Positions 29,907 to 40,569 are shown, numbered from the stretch's first letter. The stretch is 64,000 bases of DNA from Candidatus Latescibacterota bacterium (GCA_965200315.1 OZ241362.1:5152001-5216000), one strand, 5' to 3'. Made by a program: numbers and translations. Notes: a model not told the origin generated them from the letters alone.

Positions 29907-30394
29907 CTCTGAGTCTCCTTTACTGGATGGTGGTTGCTTGGCTCCCCGCTGGGAGCCGGGCTATTGCAACCACCTCGCAGAGATTTAGCGGGAAGTCTTA
30001 CCTATTTGCCCTAGCTTAGACGGCCAATCCAAGCTCATTGAGCAGGCTATTGTATTCGGCAAGTAACCCGACATCGGGCCTGCTCGGTGGTTGCAGGCGA
30101 TATAATGGTGTCGGGAGGTCGGATTGTCAACGGTCGAATTTCAAAACGTACCACTACCCAAAATTCCGTGCGCAAGGACTTAGAAGAAATTGAGTTCCAA
30201 CTCGCCAAGGGCCGCCACGACCTCTGCGTGGGAGTGCGCGCCGGCGCGACCCTAGAGTCGCGGCTGGCCATCGAACTAATTCGTTTTAGGCCAGGTAGTC
30301 TTGACCTTTCGGGCAAGGGCGATCTGGCCTTTCTTTACGGCTGGAGGGTGGTAGGTGGTAGCGGATTGATAGCTCATATCATAGGGAGGCAGCT

Positions 30395-31330
30395 ATGGCC
30401 AAACGACTGGTTTACTTCAACGGCGAGTTCGTCCCCGAGCCGGAGGCGCGGATCTCGATTTTTGACTGCGCCCTAATGTATGGGGACATGGTTTTTGAGA
30501 TGACGCGGAGCTTTGGGCAACAGCCCTACCGGCTGCGCGATCATCTGGAGCGGCTGTACGGCTCGCTCAAATACGCGCAGATCGACTGCGGGCTGGACAT
30601 CGACGCAATGGAGGAGGCGACCCACGAAACCATTGCCCGCAACCTGCCCGCGATCGGTGCGCTGGACTTTCAGATCATGCACGACGTCACGCGCGGTGCC
30701 CTGCCGCTGTACGATACTATCGTCAAGGAGGGCACGGCCCCCATTGTCACCATCAACGTCTTTCCGCTGGTGCGGCACATCGGCGGGATGGCGCATTTCT
30801 ATCGGGAGGGGGCGCACTTTGTCGTCCCGCCCCAGCAGTCGGTGCCCTCGCGCTACATTGACCCGAAAGCCAAAAACCGCAGCCGCATCTTCTACAAGAT
30901 CGCCGAGTTGCAAGCCGCGCAGATGGAGGCCGGGGCCCAAGCGCTGCTGACCGACGAGCACGGCTTTATCACCGAGGGAACGGGCAACAACTTCTTCATG
31001 GTGCGCGACGGCCAAGTGATAACGCCCAAAGGGCACAATATCCTGCGCGGCGTATCGCGCGGCGCGTGTATGGAACTGGCCAGCAAGCTCGGCCTTCCCC
31101 TGTGCGAGGCCGACATCGAGCCGTACGACGTGCGTCTGGCTGACGAGGCGTGGTTTACCAGCACTACGATCTGCATGGTGCCAATCACGCGCTTTAACTT
31201 TCAAGCGGTGGGCGACGGCCAAGTGGGGCCGGTGTATAGCGAGTTGCTAGCGGCGTGGTCTGAAGAAGTCGGCGTGGATATTGCCGGTCAGGCGCGTCAA
31301 TACGCCGAGATGGAGGGGTGGCGGCCCTAG
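30395..31330 (+). CDS. Class IV aminotransferase (branched-chain/D-amino acid)
   Basis: YGDMVFEMTR, KAK, EGTGNNFF, ILRGVSR, ADEAWFTST. Confidence 0.9.
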   Translation: MAKRLVYFNGEFVPEPEARISIFDCALMYGDMVFEMTRSFGQQPYRLRDHLERLYGSLKYAQIDCGLDIDAMEEATHETIARNLPAIGALDFQIMHDVTRGALPLYDTIVKEGTAPIVTINVFPLVRHIGGMAHFYREGAHFVVPPQQSVPSRYIDPKAKNRSRIFYKIAELQAAQMEAGAQALLTDEHGFITEGTGNNFFMVRDGQVITPKGHNILRGVSRGACMELASKLGLPLCEADIEPYDVRLADEAWFTSTTICMVPITRFNFQAVGDGQVGPVYSELLAAWSEEVGVDIAGQARQYAEMEGWRP

Positions 31331-31411
31331 CAGAGAGGGCTTGCACGTACACGCGCCCTGTGTAGAGTGAAAGGGAGGCGTGGGACCGCCAGCAATGAAA
31401 GGAGGATCGTT

Positions 31412-34400
31412 ATGGCCGACGCTATGGGGAAATTTCAGCAACTGCTGCGCGAGTTGTTCCAGTTTGACTGCGCCGACCTCGATTTTGGCATCTACCGCAT
31501 TATGAACTACAAGCGGGAGGCCATTGAGAAGTTTGTCGCCGAGAAGCTGCCCGACGTCGTCGCCAGCGAATTGAACAGCGGTTCACTGGCGGACCAAGCT
31601 CGGATGGCCGCAGACCTGGAGGAAGTGAAGGAGCAAATTGCGGAATTATTGGGCGAGAACGCTCTCGACGCCAATGACAACCTATCCGAGAGCTTCCATA
31701 GTACTCGGGTGGGCAAGAAGTACTTGAATCTACAGAAGAAGGCGGTGGGTGGTTTCAGCCGTGCGGCCGTTGAAGTTAGCATCTACAATCACCTGTATAC
31801 CTTCTTCAGCCGCTATTATCAGGACGGCGACTTCATTTCTAAGCGCCGCTATTCCAAACGCCACCACTACGCCATTCCGTACAACGGCGAAGAAGTCTAT
31901 CTCCACTGGGCCAACAGCGATCAGTACTACATCAAGACGAGCGAGCACTTTCGCGATTACGACTGGAAAGCCCCTAATGGTGTGGCCGTGCATTTTCGGA
32001 TTAAGGCCGCCGATGTGGAGCAAAACAACGTCAAGGGCGATAAGCGGTTTTTTCTGCCTCATATACGAGAGACCAAGTGGAACGCTCAAGATCGCGCCGT
32101 CACCATTCCGTTTGCATATCGGCCCTTGACTGCGGCGGAGAGCAAGCAATACGGCAGCCGCGATCAGCAGCATAAAATTATCGCCGAAGTGGTGGAGGCC
32201 ATTCCCAAGCGGCTGAGTAAGGAGTTCGATGCGCTGGCTGCGCTGACGGGCGAGCGGCGGCGCAATGGCAGGGACGAATCCGTATCGCATTTGGAGCATC
32301 ACCTGCGGCAGTACACCCGGCGCAACACGTCCGACTTTTTCATTCACAAAGGATTGGCTGAGTTCCTTTCCCGCGAGTTGGATTTCTATCTGAAGAGTGA
32401 AGTGCTGAACTTGGACGAGATGGCTGTAGCTGGCGAAAACACGGCTGAGGGTTGGTTCCAGATGGTGCGGGTAATAAAGTCTGTCGGCAATCAGGTGATC
32501 GCATTTTTGGCGCAGATGGAGAATTTCCAGAAGATGCTGTGGGAAAAGCGCAAGTTCGTTATGGAGACGCAGTACTGTATTGCGCTCGGCAGCGTGGACG
32601 AGGGCTTTTATTTAGACATTGCGGGCAACGACGCGCAGTGGGACGAATGGCGAGCGTTATTCCACATTGACGAGGAACAGATCGACCTATTCAATGCAAA
32701 TAAAAACGGGCGTGAAAAACGCATTGACTTTCTGGAGAAGCATCCGACTCTGGTATTGGATACCAAACACTTCGACGCCGATTTCACCGACCGGCTGTTG
32801 GCGAGTTTTGACGATTTGGACGGGATAACCGACGGGCTGTTGATTCACGGAGAGAACTGGCAGGCGTTGAATCTGTTGACAGAGCGGTATCGGGAGGAGG
32901 TGAAGTGTATTTATATTGATCCGCCGTATAATACCGGAGATTCGGAGATTCTGTATAAAAACGGCTATAAGGATTCCGCGTGGCTGACGATGATGGAGAA
33001 CCGCCTTACGACTGGAAAAGCGTTCTTGGAAGAAAGAGGTATGCAATGCACGACGATCGACGACGTGGAGTTTCACATGTTAAAGGAACTAATCACCAAA
33101 ACATTCGGAAGCGAAAATATAACTGGAGTTGCAGTTATAAAAAATAACCCTTCTGGTCGTTCTACTGTCAAAGGGTTCTCAATATCACACGAATATGCGA
33201 TTTTCTCATCTGCCTCAGAAAATACTGTCTTGGGAGCAATACCAAGAACAGGAGAACAACTACAGCAATACCCCGAGGAAGATGAAATGGGTAAATTTCA
33301 GTGGCGTAGCTTTATTCGGTTAGGCGGTGAAAATGACTTTCGTACTGCACGTCCCAAGTTACACTATCCTCTCGTAGTTTCAGGAGATACGGTTCGGCTA
33401 CCTGCGATGGAATGGAATAGTCTAGCTAGCAGATGGGATCTATCTGAAAATCTACGCGAAAATGAGGAAGTGTTTTGGCCTATATATAGCGACAAAGAGT
33501 ACACTTGGAGGCTGGGTGTGGACACACTCAGAAATCGTATTGGCGACTTACGAGTGCGCCAAACACGGAATGGGTGTATGACAATCGAGATCAAATTCCG
33601 ACTTGACGATGATGGAGTTTTACCTAAAACTGTGTGGGATGAAAAGTGGATGAATGCGACTTCATATGGCACTACAGTGTTGCGAAACATAATGGGTAGA
33701 TCACAAGCATTTTCCTTCCCAAAGTCTGTTTATGCAATAGAAAAGAGTCTACGTGTCGGCGGGCTAGGCATCTTGGGAACTATCCTCGACTACTTCGCCG
33801 GCTCTGGCACCACCGGCCACGCGGTCATTAATCTAAACCGCGAGGACGGCGGGCAGCGCAAGTTCATCCTCGTGGAGATGGGCGAATACTTCGACACGGT
33901 GTTGCTGCCGCGCATCAAGAAAGTATCATTCACGCCTGAGTGGAAAGATGGCAAGCCTAAGCGCATGGCCACGCCGGAAGAAGCCGAGCGAAGCCCGCGT
34001 ATTGTCAAATACATGCGCTTGGAATCCTACGAAGATGCGCTGAGCAGCATTGAGCTAAACGACGATCCCGCGCAGTTGAAATTACTCGAAAAGACATTCG
34101 GCGACGACTATTTGCTCAAGTACCTACTAGAATGGGAAACTAGGGGCAACGAAACCCTGCTCAATGTAGAAAAGCTACGCAGCCCGTTCCGCTACCGGCT
34201 GCGGATTTACGCCAACGGCGCAACCCACGAGCGCACCGTTGATTTGCCCGAAACGTTCAACTACCTGCTGGGCCTGAAGGTGCAGACGCGCCAAGTGTAT
34301 GCCGATGGCGAGCAGCACTACTTGGTCTATCGGGGCGAAACCCGCGACGCGCCCGGGCAGAAAGTAGCAATTATCTGGCGAGCAACCGACGAATGGGTGC

Positions 34401-34555
34401 AAGCCGACTTTGAGCGCGACCGGCAATTTGTATCCGAGCAAAAGCTGGTCGAAGGGGCAGACATAGTCTATGTCAACGGCGACTCCTGCATCCTCACAGC
34501 CACCGCCATAGAGCCACTGTTCAAGACGCGGATGTTCGTCAGGATGGAGCAATGA
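31412..34555 (+). CDS. mod: Type III restriction-modification methyltransferase (Mod)
   Basis: LFQFDCADLDFGIYRIMN, IYIDPPYN, FPK, ILDYFAGSGTTGHA. AT-richer TRD segment at ~33040-33780. Confidence 0.9.
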   Translation: MADAMGKFQQLLRELFQFDCADLDFGIYRIMNYKREAIEKFVAEKLPDVVASELNSGSLADQARMAADLEEVKEQIAELLGENALDANDNLSESFHSTRVGKKYLNLQKKAVGGFSRAAVEVSIYNHLYTFFSRYYQDGDFISKRRYSKRHHYAIPYNGEEVYLHWANSDQYYIKTSEHFRDYDWKAPNGVAVHFRIKAADVEQNNVKGDKRFFLPHIRETKWNAQDRAVTIPFAYRPLTAAESKQYGSRDQQHKIIAEVVEAIPKRLSKEFDALAALTGERRRNGRDESVSHLEHHLRQYTRRNTSDFFIHKGLAEFLSRELDFYLKSEVLNLDEMAVAGENTAEGWFQMVRVIKSVGNQVIAFLAQMENFQKMLWEKRKFVMETQYCIALGSVDEGFYLDIAGNDAQWDEWRALFHIDEEQIDLFNANKNGREKRIDFLEKHPTLVLDTKHFDADFTDRLLASFDDLDGITDGLLIHGENWQALNLLTERYREEVKCIYIDPPYNTGDSEILYKNGYKDSAWLTMMENRLTTGKAFLEERGMQCTTIDDVEFHMLKELITKTFGSENITGVAVIKNNPSGRSTVKGFSISHEYAIFSSASENTVLGAIPRTGEQLQQYPEEDEMGKFQWRSFIRLGGENDFRTARPKLHYPLVVSGDTVRLPAMEWNSLASRWDLSENLRENEEVFWPIYSDKEYTWRLGVDTLRNRIGDLRVRQTRNGCMTIEIKFRLDDDGVLPKTVWDEKWMNATSYGTTVLRNIMGRSQAFSFPKSVYAIEKSLRVGGLGILGTILDYFAGSGTTGHAVINLNREDGGQRKFILVEMGEYFDTVLLPRIKKVSFTPEWKDGKPKRMATPEEAERSPRIVKYMRLESYEDALSSIELNDDPAQLKLLEKTFGDDYLLKYLLEWETRGNETLLNVEKLRSPFRYRLRIYANGATHERTVDLPETFNYLLGLKVQTRQVYADGEQHYLVYRGETRDAPGQKVAIIWRATDEWVQADFERDRQFVSEQKLVEGADIVYVNGDSCILTATAIEPLFKTRMFVRMEQ

Positions 34556-35259
34556 GCATGCAAATCGAAATCCCCAAAGACGCAATCGCCGCATTCTGTC
34601 GGCGCAACCGCATTCGGCGCATGGCCCTGTTTGGCTCGGTGCTGCGCGACGACTTCGGGCCGGAAAGCGATGTAGATGTGCTAGTGGAGTTTGAGCCGGA
34701 TGTGCGTTTGGGTTGGAAGTTTTTTGCTGTGTCTGCGGAGCTGGGCCGCATTTTGGGCCACAAGGCTGATATGCACACCTTTGAGTCCATTGCAAACAAG
34801 CAAAATTGGCTGCTGCGCGAGGAAATACTCGGCTCGGCCGAAGCGCTGTACGAGCGAGGGCCGGCGTATGAAAGCTGGCCGCAAGAAGGCTGCGATAAGC
34901 CGCTCAAGACAGGTGGGAAGCGGCGCGACGACCGTGTACCCCTGCTGGATATGCTCATCCACGCGAGAAAAGCGGTTGATTCGTTTGGCGAGGTAAGCCG
35001 CGAGGACTTGGAAAACGACTGGATAAAGGAGTTCGCCCTTACTCGGGCAGTGGAAGTGATCGGCGAAGCGGCCCGTCGGGTCTCGCTGCCGACGCAGCAA
35101 CACTACCCGGAAGTGCCGTGGGGTGAAATTATCGGAACGCGCAACGTGCTAGCGCACGACTATGACCAAGTGGACCGCGACAAGCTCTGCGATATGGTGT
35201 GGAATCATCTGCCGCCGCTGATTGCTCATTTGGAAGCTATCGTTGGGGAAGGAGCCTAA
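34552..35259 (+). CDS. Fused MntA-type nucleotidyltransferase + HepT/DUF86 HEPN RNase
   Basis: LFGSVLRDDFGPESDVDVLVEF (GSx10DxD), then EVIGEAA...VPW..I.GTRNVLAHDY (Rx4H), in one ORF. Confidence 0.85.
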   Translation: MSMQIEIPKDAIAAFCRRNRIRRMALFGSVLRDDFGPESDVDVLVEFEPDVRLGWKFFAVSAELGRILGHKADMHTFESIANKQNWLLREEILGSAEALYERGPAYESWPQEGCDKPLKTGGKRRDDRVPLLDMLIHARKAVDSFGEVSREDLENDWIKEFALTRAVEVIGEAARRVSLPTQQHYPEVPWGEIIGTRNVLAHDYDQVDRDKLCDMVWNHLPPLIAHLEAIVGEGA

Positions 35260-35263
35260 GGCC

Positions 35264-38200
35264 ATGCCGCGCCGCCCCACGCCAAAGGACGCCATGTCGG
35301 CCGCCAAGTTGGAACAGCGCTTGGTCCTATTGGCTTGGCTACACAGCCGGCTAGGCTATGCCAACACCAGCGAGCTATTGGCAGACATAGCGCAAGCCGA
35401 CGAAGGCTTTGACGCTGAGGGCCGCAGCCCTATCTACGCCCGGCTGTCCTCGCGCTCTGAGAAGATGCGGGATATTTTGCCGGAGGACTTGGTGCGTTAC
35501 GACGACCACATCCGCAAGCATTTAGCGGCCATGAACGCGGGCCGCCGCCAGCCCATCACGCTGCGCTATTTCCAGTATTTGGCCGCACTGTACAGCGAGA
35601 TTTTCTTGGACTGGTACTTCAACCGCCGCGCCGCGCTGCTGCGCTCACTGAACGAACTAGTCTGGCGGCGCAATAAGGCGCAGGAAACAGAGTTTGCCTC
35701 AGAGGATTTGTGCAAGCTGGCGTTCTGGATGGCCACCGGCAGCGGCAAGACTCTGATCATGCACTTGAACTACCGGCAATACCTGCATTACAACAAGGAG
35801 CCGCTCGACAACATACTACTCATTACGCCTAACGAGGGCCTGAGTCAGCAGCATATTGACGAACTGCAAGCCTCCAATATCGCGGCCGTGCGCTTTGACC
35901 TGAATGAAAGCGGTCTGCTAAACGAAGATCGCGTCAAAGTCACCGAGATCACCAAATTGGTGATAAAAAAGAAGGGCAAAGGGGAGAGCATTCCGGTTGA
36001 GGCCTTTGAAGGCCACAACCTGATTTTTGTGGACGAGGGGCACAAAGGATCTGGCGGCGATGCGTGGCGCCAGGTTCGGGATGCGCTAGGGGCCACCGGG
36101 TTCACCTTTGAATACAGTGCGACCTTCGGGCAAGCCCTGACCGCGGCGCAAAACGAGTTCCTGATAGCCGAATACGGCAAAGCCATCGCCTTTGATTATT
36201 CCTATCGCTATTTCTACGACGACGGCTATGGCAAAAATTTTCATATCCTCAACCTGCGAGAGGAGACGACAGCCGACCAGACTGATAGGCTGCTGCTAGC
36301 CAACCTGCTGTCGTTCTACCAACAACAGCGCGTTTTCAGCCAACAGCAAGAGGAGCTGCGGCCTTACAACTTGGCAAGGCCACTGTGGGTGTTCGTCGGC
36401 AGCCGCGTCAACGCGGTCTATACGGAAAAAGGCCAACCGCGCAGCAACATCCTGACGGTCGTACGCTTCCTACATCGGCTACTGGCGCAACGCGATTGGG
36501 CTATAAGTACCATCAAGCAGCTATTGCAGGCACAGTCGGGATTGCTGGATCCGTATGGGGAAGATCTTTTTGCTGATAAGTTGACATATTTACGCGGTAA
36601 AATGGATGCTGAGGCGGTCTATTGTGCCATATTAACAGACATTCTGGCTGAGTCGTCCGCGAGCGGGGGCGGGCTACACGTATGCGATATCCGCGGCAGC
36701 GAGGGCGAATTGGGCCTCAAAGTCAGCGGAGCGGAAAACTACTTTGGCCTGATTTACGTCGGCGACAAGGCCAAGTTCAAAAAGCTGGTCGCGGCGGACA
36801 ACGCCGGCATCGTCACGGAAGAAGACGCGTTCTCCGACTCCCTGTTCGACGGTATCAACGAGCCAAAGACGACCATTGAGGTACTTATTGGGGCCCGCAA
36901 GTTTATAGAGGGTTGGAATTCGTATCGGGTGTCCAATATGGGGCTGCTCAACATCGGCCAGAGCGAGGGGTCGCAGATAATCCAGCTATTCGGGCGCGGC
37001 GTCCGCTTGCGGGGGCGGGACAGGACGCTAAAACGCAGCTCTGCGCTAGACGGGCGGCATCCCGATCACATCGAGCTGCTAGAGACCCTGAACATCTTTG
37101 CTGTCCGCGCCAACTACATGGCCCAATTCCGAGGCTATCTGGAGCGAGAAGGCGTTGCCACAGAGGGGCTTTTGGAATTTCCCCTGTTTATCCGTCCCAA
37201 CGAGGACTTTCTGAATAAGGGGTTGGTTGTTCCCCGGGTGGACGATGGACGGGATTTCGCGGTTGATACAGGGGTTGTGCTGGAGCCGGTCCCGAATATG
37301 AACCGAGTGTCCGTTGACATGTCTGCCAAGGTCCAAAGGCTGGATAGCAGTGAATCGGGTCCAATGGAGGCGAAGGCCGGCGCGGAATTGCTCATACCGG
37401 ATGCAAGTCTCAAACTAATAGATTGGGAAAGCATCCATTTCGACCTGCTTGCATACAAGGCGCGAAAAGGGTGGGGAAACTTGCTCGTCCAACCGGATGC
37501 GCCGCGAGAAATTTTGGCATACCGCAGCAAATCCGGTGCGCTGTATCGCCTGATAGCGGAGGACGCCGTAGTACGTCCGAAAAACCTCGACGACTTGGAG
37601 CGGCTACAAGAGGCGGCGACTAGCATTGTGCGGCAGTACGCCGACGCCCTCTATCGGCACCGACGCGAGCAGTGGGATTCAGAAAATTTGGTCTATAAGA
37701 CGCTAGACGAGCGAGAGCCCAATCTGCGGTTCAACGTCCGCGATGCCGACGACAGCCGCACCGGCCAATACATAGTAAGCGTGCCGCGGTCGGAAACCGC
37801 ATTGATAGAGGAGATTGAAAAGCTCATCGAGGATAGCTGTGCGCTATACGACAACGAGGCCGCAGCGGGTGCTTTGCCGCGTCTTCATTTTGACCGGCAC
37901 TTATATCAACCGCTGCTGCAAGAAGGCGATGTCAAGGTAAAAATATCCCCACTGGGATTAAATGAAAGCGAACAGAAATTCGTGCGGGATGTGCGGGCAT
38001 ACTGGAAAAAAGAGCAAGGTAACGCACTGGCCGGCGCGGAGATATTCCTGTTGCGGAATCTGAGCCGCGGCAAAGGCGTAGGGTTCTACGAAACCAGCGG
38101 CTTCTACCCGGACTTCATTCTATGGATAAAAAAGGGCGACGAACAACGCATTGTGTTCATCGAGCCGCACGGCATGCTCCATGCAAATGCTTACAGGCAC

Positions 38201-38428
38201 GACGCCAAGGCCCAATTGCACGAGCGGCTACCGGACGTAGCCGCTAAAATGTCCCGCTCAAACGTAAGCCTCGATTCTTTCATAATTTCGGCGACGCCCT
38301 ACAAAGACCTGTATAGACACTACAATAACGGCGAGTGGACGCTAGAGCAGTTTGCTGAAAAGCACATTCTCTTTCCCGAGCGGGATGGCGACTATATGGC
38401 AAGAATTATCGGGTGCGTTAAGAGCTAA
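35264..38428 (+). CDS. res: Type III restriction endonuclease (Res)
   Basis: MATGSGKT, VDEGH, YSATF, QLFGRGVRL, C-terminal FYPDFILW...FIEPHG nuclease motif. Confidence 0.9.
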   Translation: MPRRPTPKDAMSAAKLEQRLVLLAWLHSRLGYANTSELLADIAQADEGFDAEGRSPIYARLSSRSEKMRDILPEDLVRYDDHIRKHLAAMNAGRRQPITLRYFQYLAALYSEIFLDWYFNRRAALLRSLNELVWRRNKAQETEFASEDLCKLAFWMATGSGKTLIMHLNYRQYLHYNKEPLDNILLITPNEGLSQQHIDELQASNIAAVRFDLNESGLLNEDRVKVTEITKLVIKKKGKGESIPVEAFEGHNLIFVDEGHKGSGGDAWRQVRDALGATGFTFEYSATFGQALTAAQNEFLIAEYGKAIAFDYSYRYFYDDGYGKNFHILNLREETTADQTDRLLLANLLSFYQQQRVFSQQQEELRPYNLARPLWVFVGSRVNAVYTEKGQPRSNILTVVRFLHRLLAQRDWAISTIKQLLQAQSGLLDPYGEDLFADKLTYLRGKMDAEAVYCAILTDILAESSASGGGLHVCDIRGSEGELGLKVSGAENYFGLIYVGDKAKFKKLVAADNAGIVTEEDAFSDSLFDGINEPKTTIEVLIGARKFIEGWNSYRVSNMGLLNIGQSEGSQIIQLFGRGVRLRGRDRTLKRSSALDGRHPDHIELLETLNIFAVRANYMAQFRGYLEREGVATEGLLEFPLFIRPNEDFLNKGLVVPRVDDGRDFAVDTGVVLEPVPNMNRVSVDMSAKVQRLDSSESGPMEAKAGAELLIPDASLKLIDWESIHFDLLAYKARKGWGNLLVQPDAPREILAYRSKSGALYRLIAEDAVVRPKNLDDLERLQEAATSIVRQYADALYRHRREQWDSENLVYKTLDEREPNLRFNVRDADDSRTGQYIVSVPRSETALIEEIEKLIEDSCALYDNEAAAGALPRLHFDRHLYQPLLQEGDVKVKISPLGLNESEQKFVRDVRAYWKKEQGNALAGAEIFLLRNLSRGKGVGFYETSGFYPDFILWIKKGDEQRIVFIEPHGMLHANAYRHDAKAQLHERLPDVAAKMSRSNVSLDSFIISATPYKDLYRHYNNGEWTLEQFAEKHILFPERDGDYMARIIGCVKS

Positions 38429-38443
38429 CATTGGAGTCAGAAA

Positions 38444-39226
38444 ATGACCGACCATCCCACCGGTGCCGAGCGTTTCTTCTTTGACAACAACGGCTACTTG
38501 GTGCTGGAAAATTTTCTCGCGCCGGATCGGGTCGCGGCCCTCTACGCGGCGCTGGAACACACCATTGAGCGGCGGCGTGACGTCCAGTTCAAGCGGGCGC
38601 ACGAGCCAGCTTTTGCCGACCGGCTCGACGCGGCCAACGCACGGGTCATGCACCTGCTGGCCGAGGACCCGCTCTTTTTAGAAATGCTCGACTACGAGCC
38701 GATGATGGCCTACGTCCACGGCCTCTTTAACGAGATGCCACACCTGCACTCGACGGACGCCTTCTACGAGGTCGAACCTGCCGACTATCACGGGCAAGGC
38801 TGGCACATCGACGGCATTCAGGATGGCTTCCGCAACCTCAAGCCGCACATCCCACTGTTGCAGTTCAAGGTGGGTTACTACCTGAGCGACATGAGCGAGC
38901 CAGACCAAGGCAACCTGACCTTGGTGCCCGGCAGCCACAAGGCCCTGCTGGAGCCGGACGCTGGGGATATGCTTGGGGCCGTGCAGATATGCGGCGGCCC
39001 GGGGACGGCGGTGCTGTTCCACAACGCGATGTGGCACACAGCCGGGCCCTTTACGCGCCGCCGAGGCAAGCGGGTGATGCTGTACTATGGGTACGAACAT
39101 CCGTGGATGCTGGCGTGTGCCGAGCAGTGGCGCTACGATCAGACCTTCTTGCAGGGGCTTTCACCGGCGCAGCGGCGCTTTTTCCACGGGTTTGTGTTCG
39201 ACCCGCCTGAGTATCGCTGGGGATGA
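38444..39226 (+). CDS. Phytanoyl-CoA dioxygenase (PhyH) family protein
   Basis: FFFDNNGYLV, WHID (HxD), GNLTLVPGSHK, WH. Confidence 0.9.
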   Translation: MTDHPTGAERFFFDNNGYLVLENFLAPDRVAALYAALEHTIERRRDVQFKRAHEPAFADRLDAANARVMHLLAEDPLFLEMLDYEPMMAYVHGLFNEMPHLHSTDAFYEVEPADYHGQGWHIDGIQDGFRNLKPHIPLLQFKVGYYLSDMSEPDQGNLTLVPGSHKALLEPDAGDMLGAVQICGGPGTAVLFHNAMWHTAGPFTRRRGKRVMLYYGYEHPWMLACAEQWRYDQTFLQGLSPAQRRFFHGFVFDPPEYRWG

Positions 39227-39789
39227 ACTGGAACTCGCCCGATCTACGAGGTCGTCGCCAGTTGGGCTTGGCCCTGTTTTTGATCTCGCTGGCGATGCTG
39301 TTTGGGGCCAGCATCGCGGCTTTTGCCTACCTGCGGCTGACTAGCCCGGCGTTGCAGGGGAGCGAGCGGATTGAGCTGCCGCTGGTGCTCGGCGTTTCGA
39401 CTGTCGTGCTGTTGGGTGCTGGGGTGGCGATGTACAAGGCGACGCAGAATGCCCGGCGCGGGCACTTCCCACTGCTGAGGCGGTGGTTGGCTTGGGCTTG
39501 GGTGACGAGCGCGTTGTTTATTGCCGTGCAGGTGCCGGCGCTGATGCAGCTACTCGATCGCCATCGGGCGCTGGAGGCGAGTGTCTATGGCATTGCATTT
39601 GCGCTGGTGGTGGTTCATGCGCTGCACGTGGTGGGTGGGATGGTGCCGTTGTCGATGCTGGCGTGGAAGGCGCGTACAAATCGGCTCGACAGCGAGCACT
39701 TGCACTCCGTGCGGGCCTGCGCCGCGTATTGGCATTTCCTCGAAGCGGTGTGGATCGCGCTGTTGGGTGCGTTTTTTGTGTGGGGGTGA
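39223..39789 (+). CDS. Cytochrome c oxidase subunit III-like membrane protein
   Basis: LFLISLAMLF, HALHVVGG, YWHFLEAVW. Confidence 0.8.
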   Translation: MNWNSPDLRGRRQLGLALFLISLAMLFGASIAAFAYLRLTSPALQGSERIELPLVLGVSTVVLLGAGVAMYKATQNARRGHFPLLRRWLAWAWVTSALFIAVQVPALMQLLDRHRALEASVYGIAFALVVVHALHVVGGMVPLSMLAWKARTNRLDSEHLHSVRACAAYWHFLEAVWIALLGAFFVWG

Positions 39790-39832
39790 AGGACGCGCGG
39801 GAAAGTTTCGTACCAGTACCTCTTCGGCGTTG

Positions 39833-40216
39833 CTAGCCAGTTGGCTCGCTCACGGATGCCAGAAGCTCAAAGTCCGTATCTGCGGATTCGAGCGCGGCAC
39901 CGTGGCGGCGGGCGCAGGCGGCAATGAGCACATCGGTGGCCGGGGCGGTAATGCCTTGGGCGCGCGCTCGCCGCGCCAGATCACAGGCCGCCTGCCAGAC
40001 CTCTGAGTCGATGGGCAGCTCGGGGAGGGTGCGGGCAAAGTCCCGCAGGACCTTCTGTTCCTGTTGCCCGGAGGCACCGTTCCACAGCTCGAGCTGTACC
40101 AGTGGGCACCAACAGGCCTGCCCACTGGTCAGCGCCGCTTCGACGCGAGCGCGCACCGTGGGATCGCCGCCCGGACGGAGCATGTGTATCCAGGACGAGG
40201 TATCGACGAGGATCAA
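39833..40216 (-). CDS. vapC: VapC PIN-domain toxin
   Basis: MILVDTSSWI, ELWNG, DVLIAACA, SADTDF. Confidence 0.9.
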   Translation of the reverse strand: MILVDTSSWIHMLRPGGDPTVRARVEAALTSGQACWCPLVQLELWNGASGQQEQKVLRDFARTLPELPIDSEVWQAACDLARRARAQGITAPATDVLIAACARRHGAALESADTDFELLASVSEPTG

Positions 40217-40220
40217 CGGC

Positions 40221-40424
40221 TCAGCCTTGCCGCCGTGCGGCCTGAAGCTCTTGCGGCGCGATCAGCTCTGGGCAAGTGCCAGCGTATTGGACGAGTTCCG
40301 CCATGCGCCTGCGGCGGTTGAAGTCCGCGATGGCTCCGACGATGGCCTCGCGTTTGGTCTTTGCTTGCGTGAACCTGATGGCATCCTCAAGCTCATCTTC
40401 GGGAATATCAACAGTAGTTTTCAT
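40221..40424 (-). CDS. vapB: VapB antitoxin
   Basis: MKTTVDIPEDELEDAIRFT.AKTKREAI, directly upstream of vapC. Confidence 0.85.
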   Translation of the reverse strand: MKTTVDIPEDELEDAIRFTQAKTKREAIVGAIADFNRRRRMAELVQYAGTCPELIAPQELQAARRQG

Positions 40425-40569
40425 AATTCTAAAGTAGCTATTTATAGAATCTATATCAAGCATAATTATATTCTTTCTGGCTTGTCAGATTGTTCATGAT
40501 TTTGAAATTATATGCACTATATATTGTTGTTATTGTCAGCTTCAAGTACTCAGCCGGGAGGAGTTTATT

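Noticed and set aside
31412-34555. Phase-variable simple repeat tract in mod
   Set aside because: I saw no long homopolymer or short tandem tract.
39223-39789. Cytochrome oxidase operon
   Set aside because: Only a lone subunit III-like gene is present, with no subunit I or II in the window.
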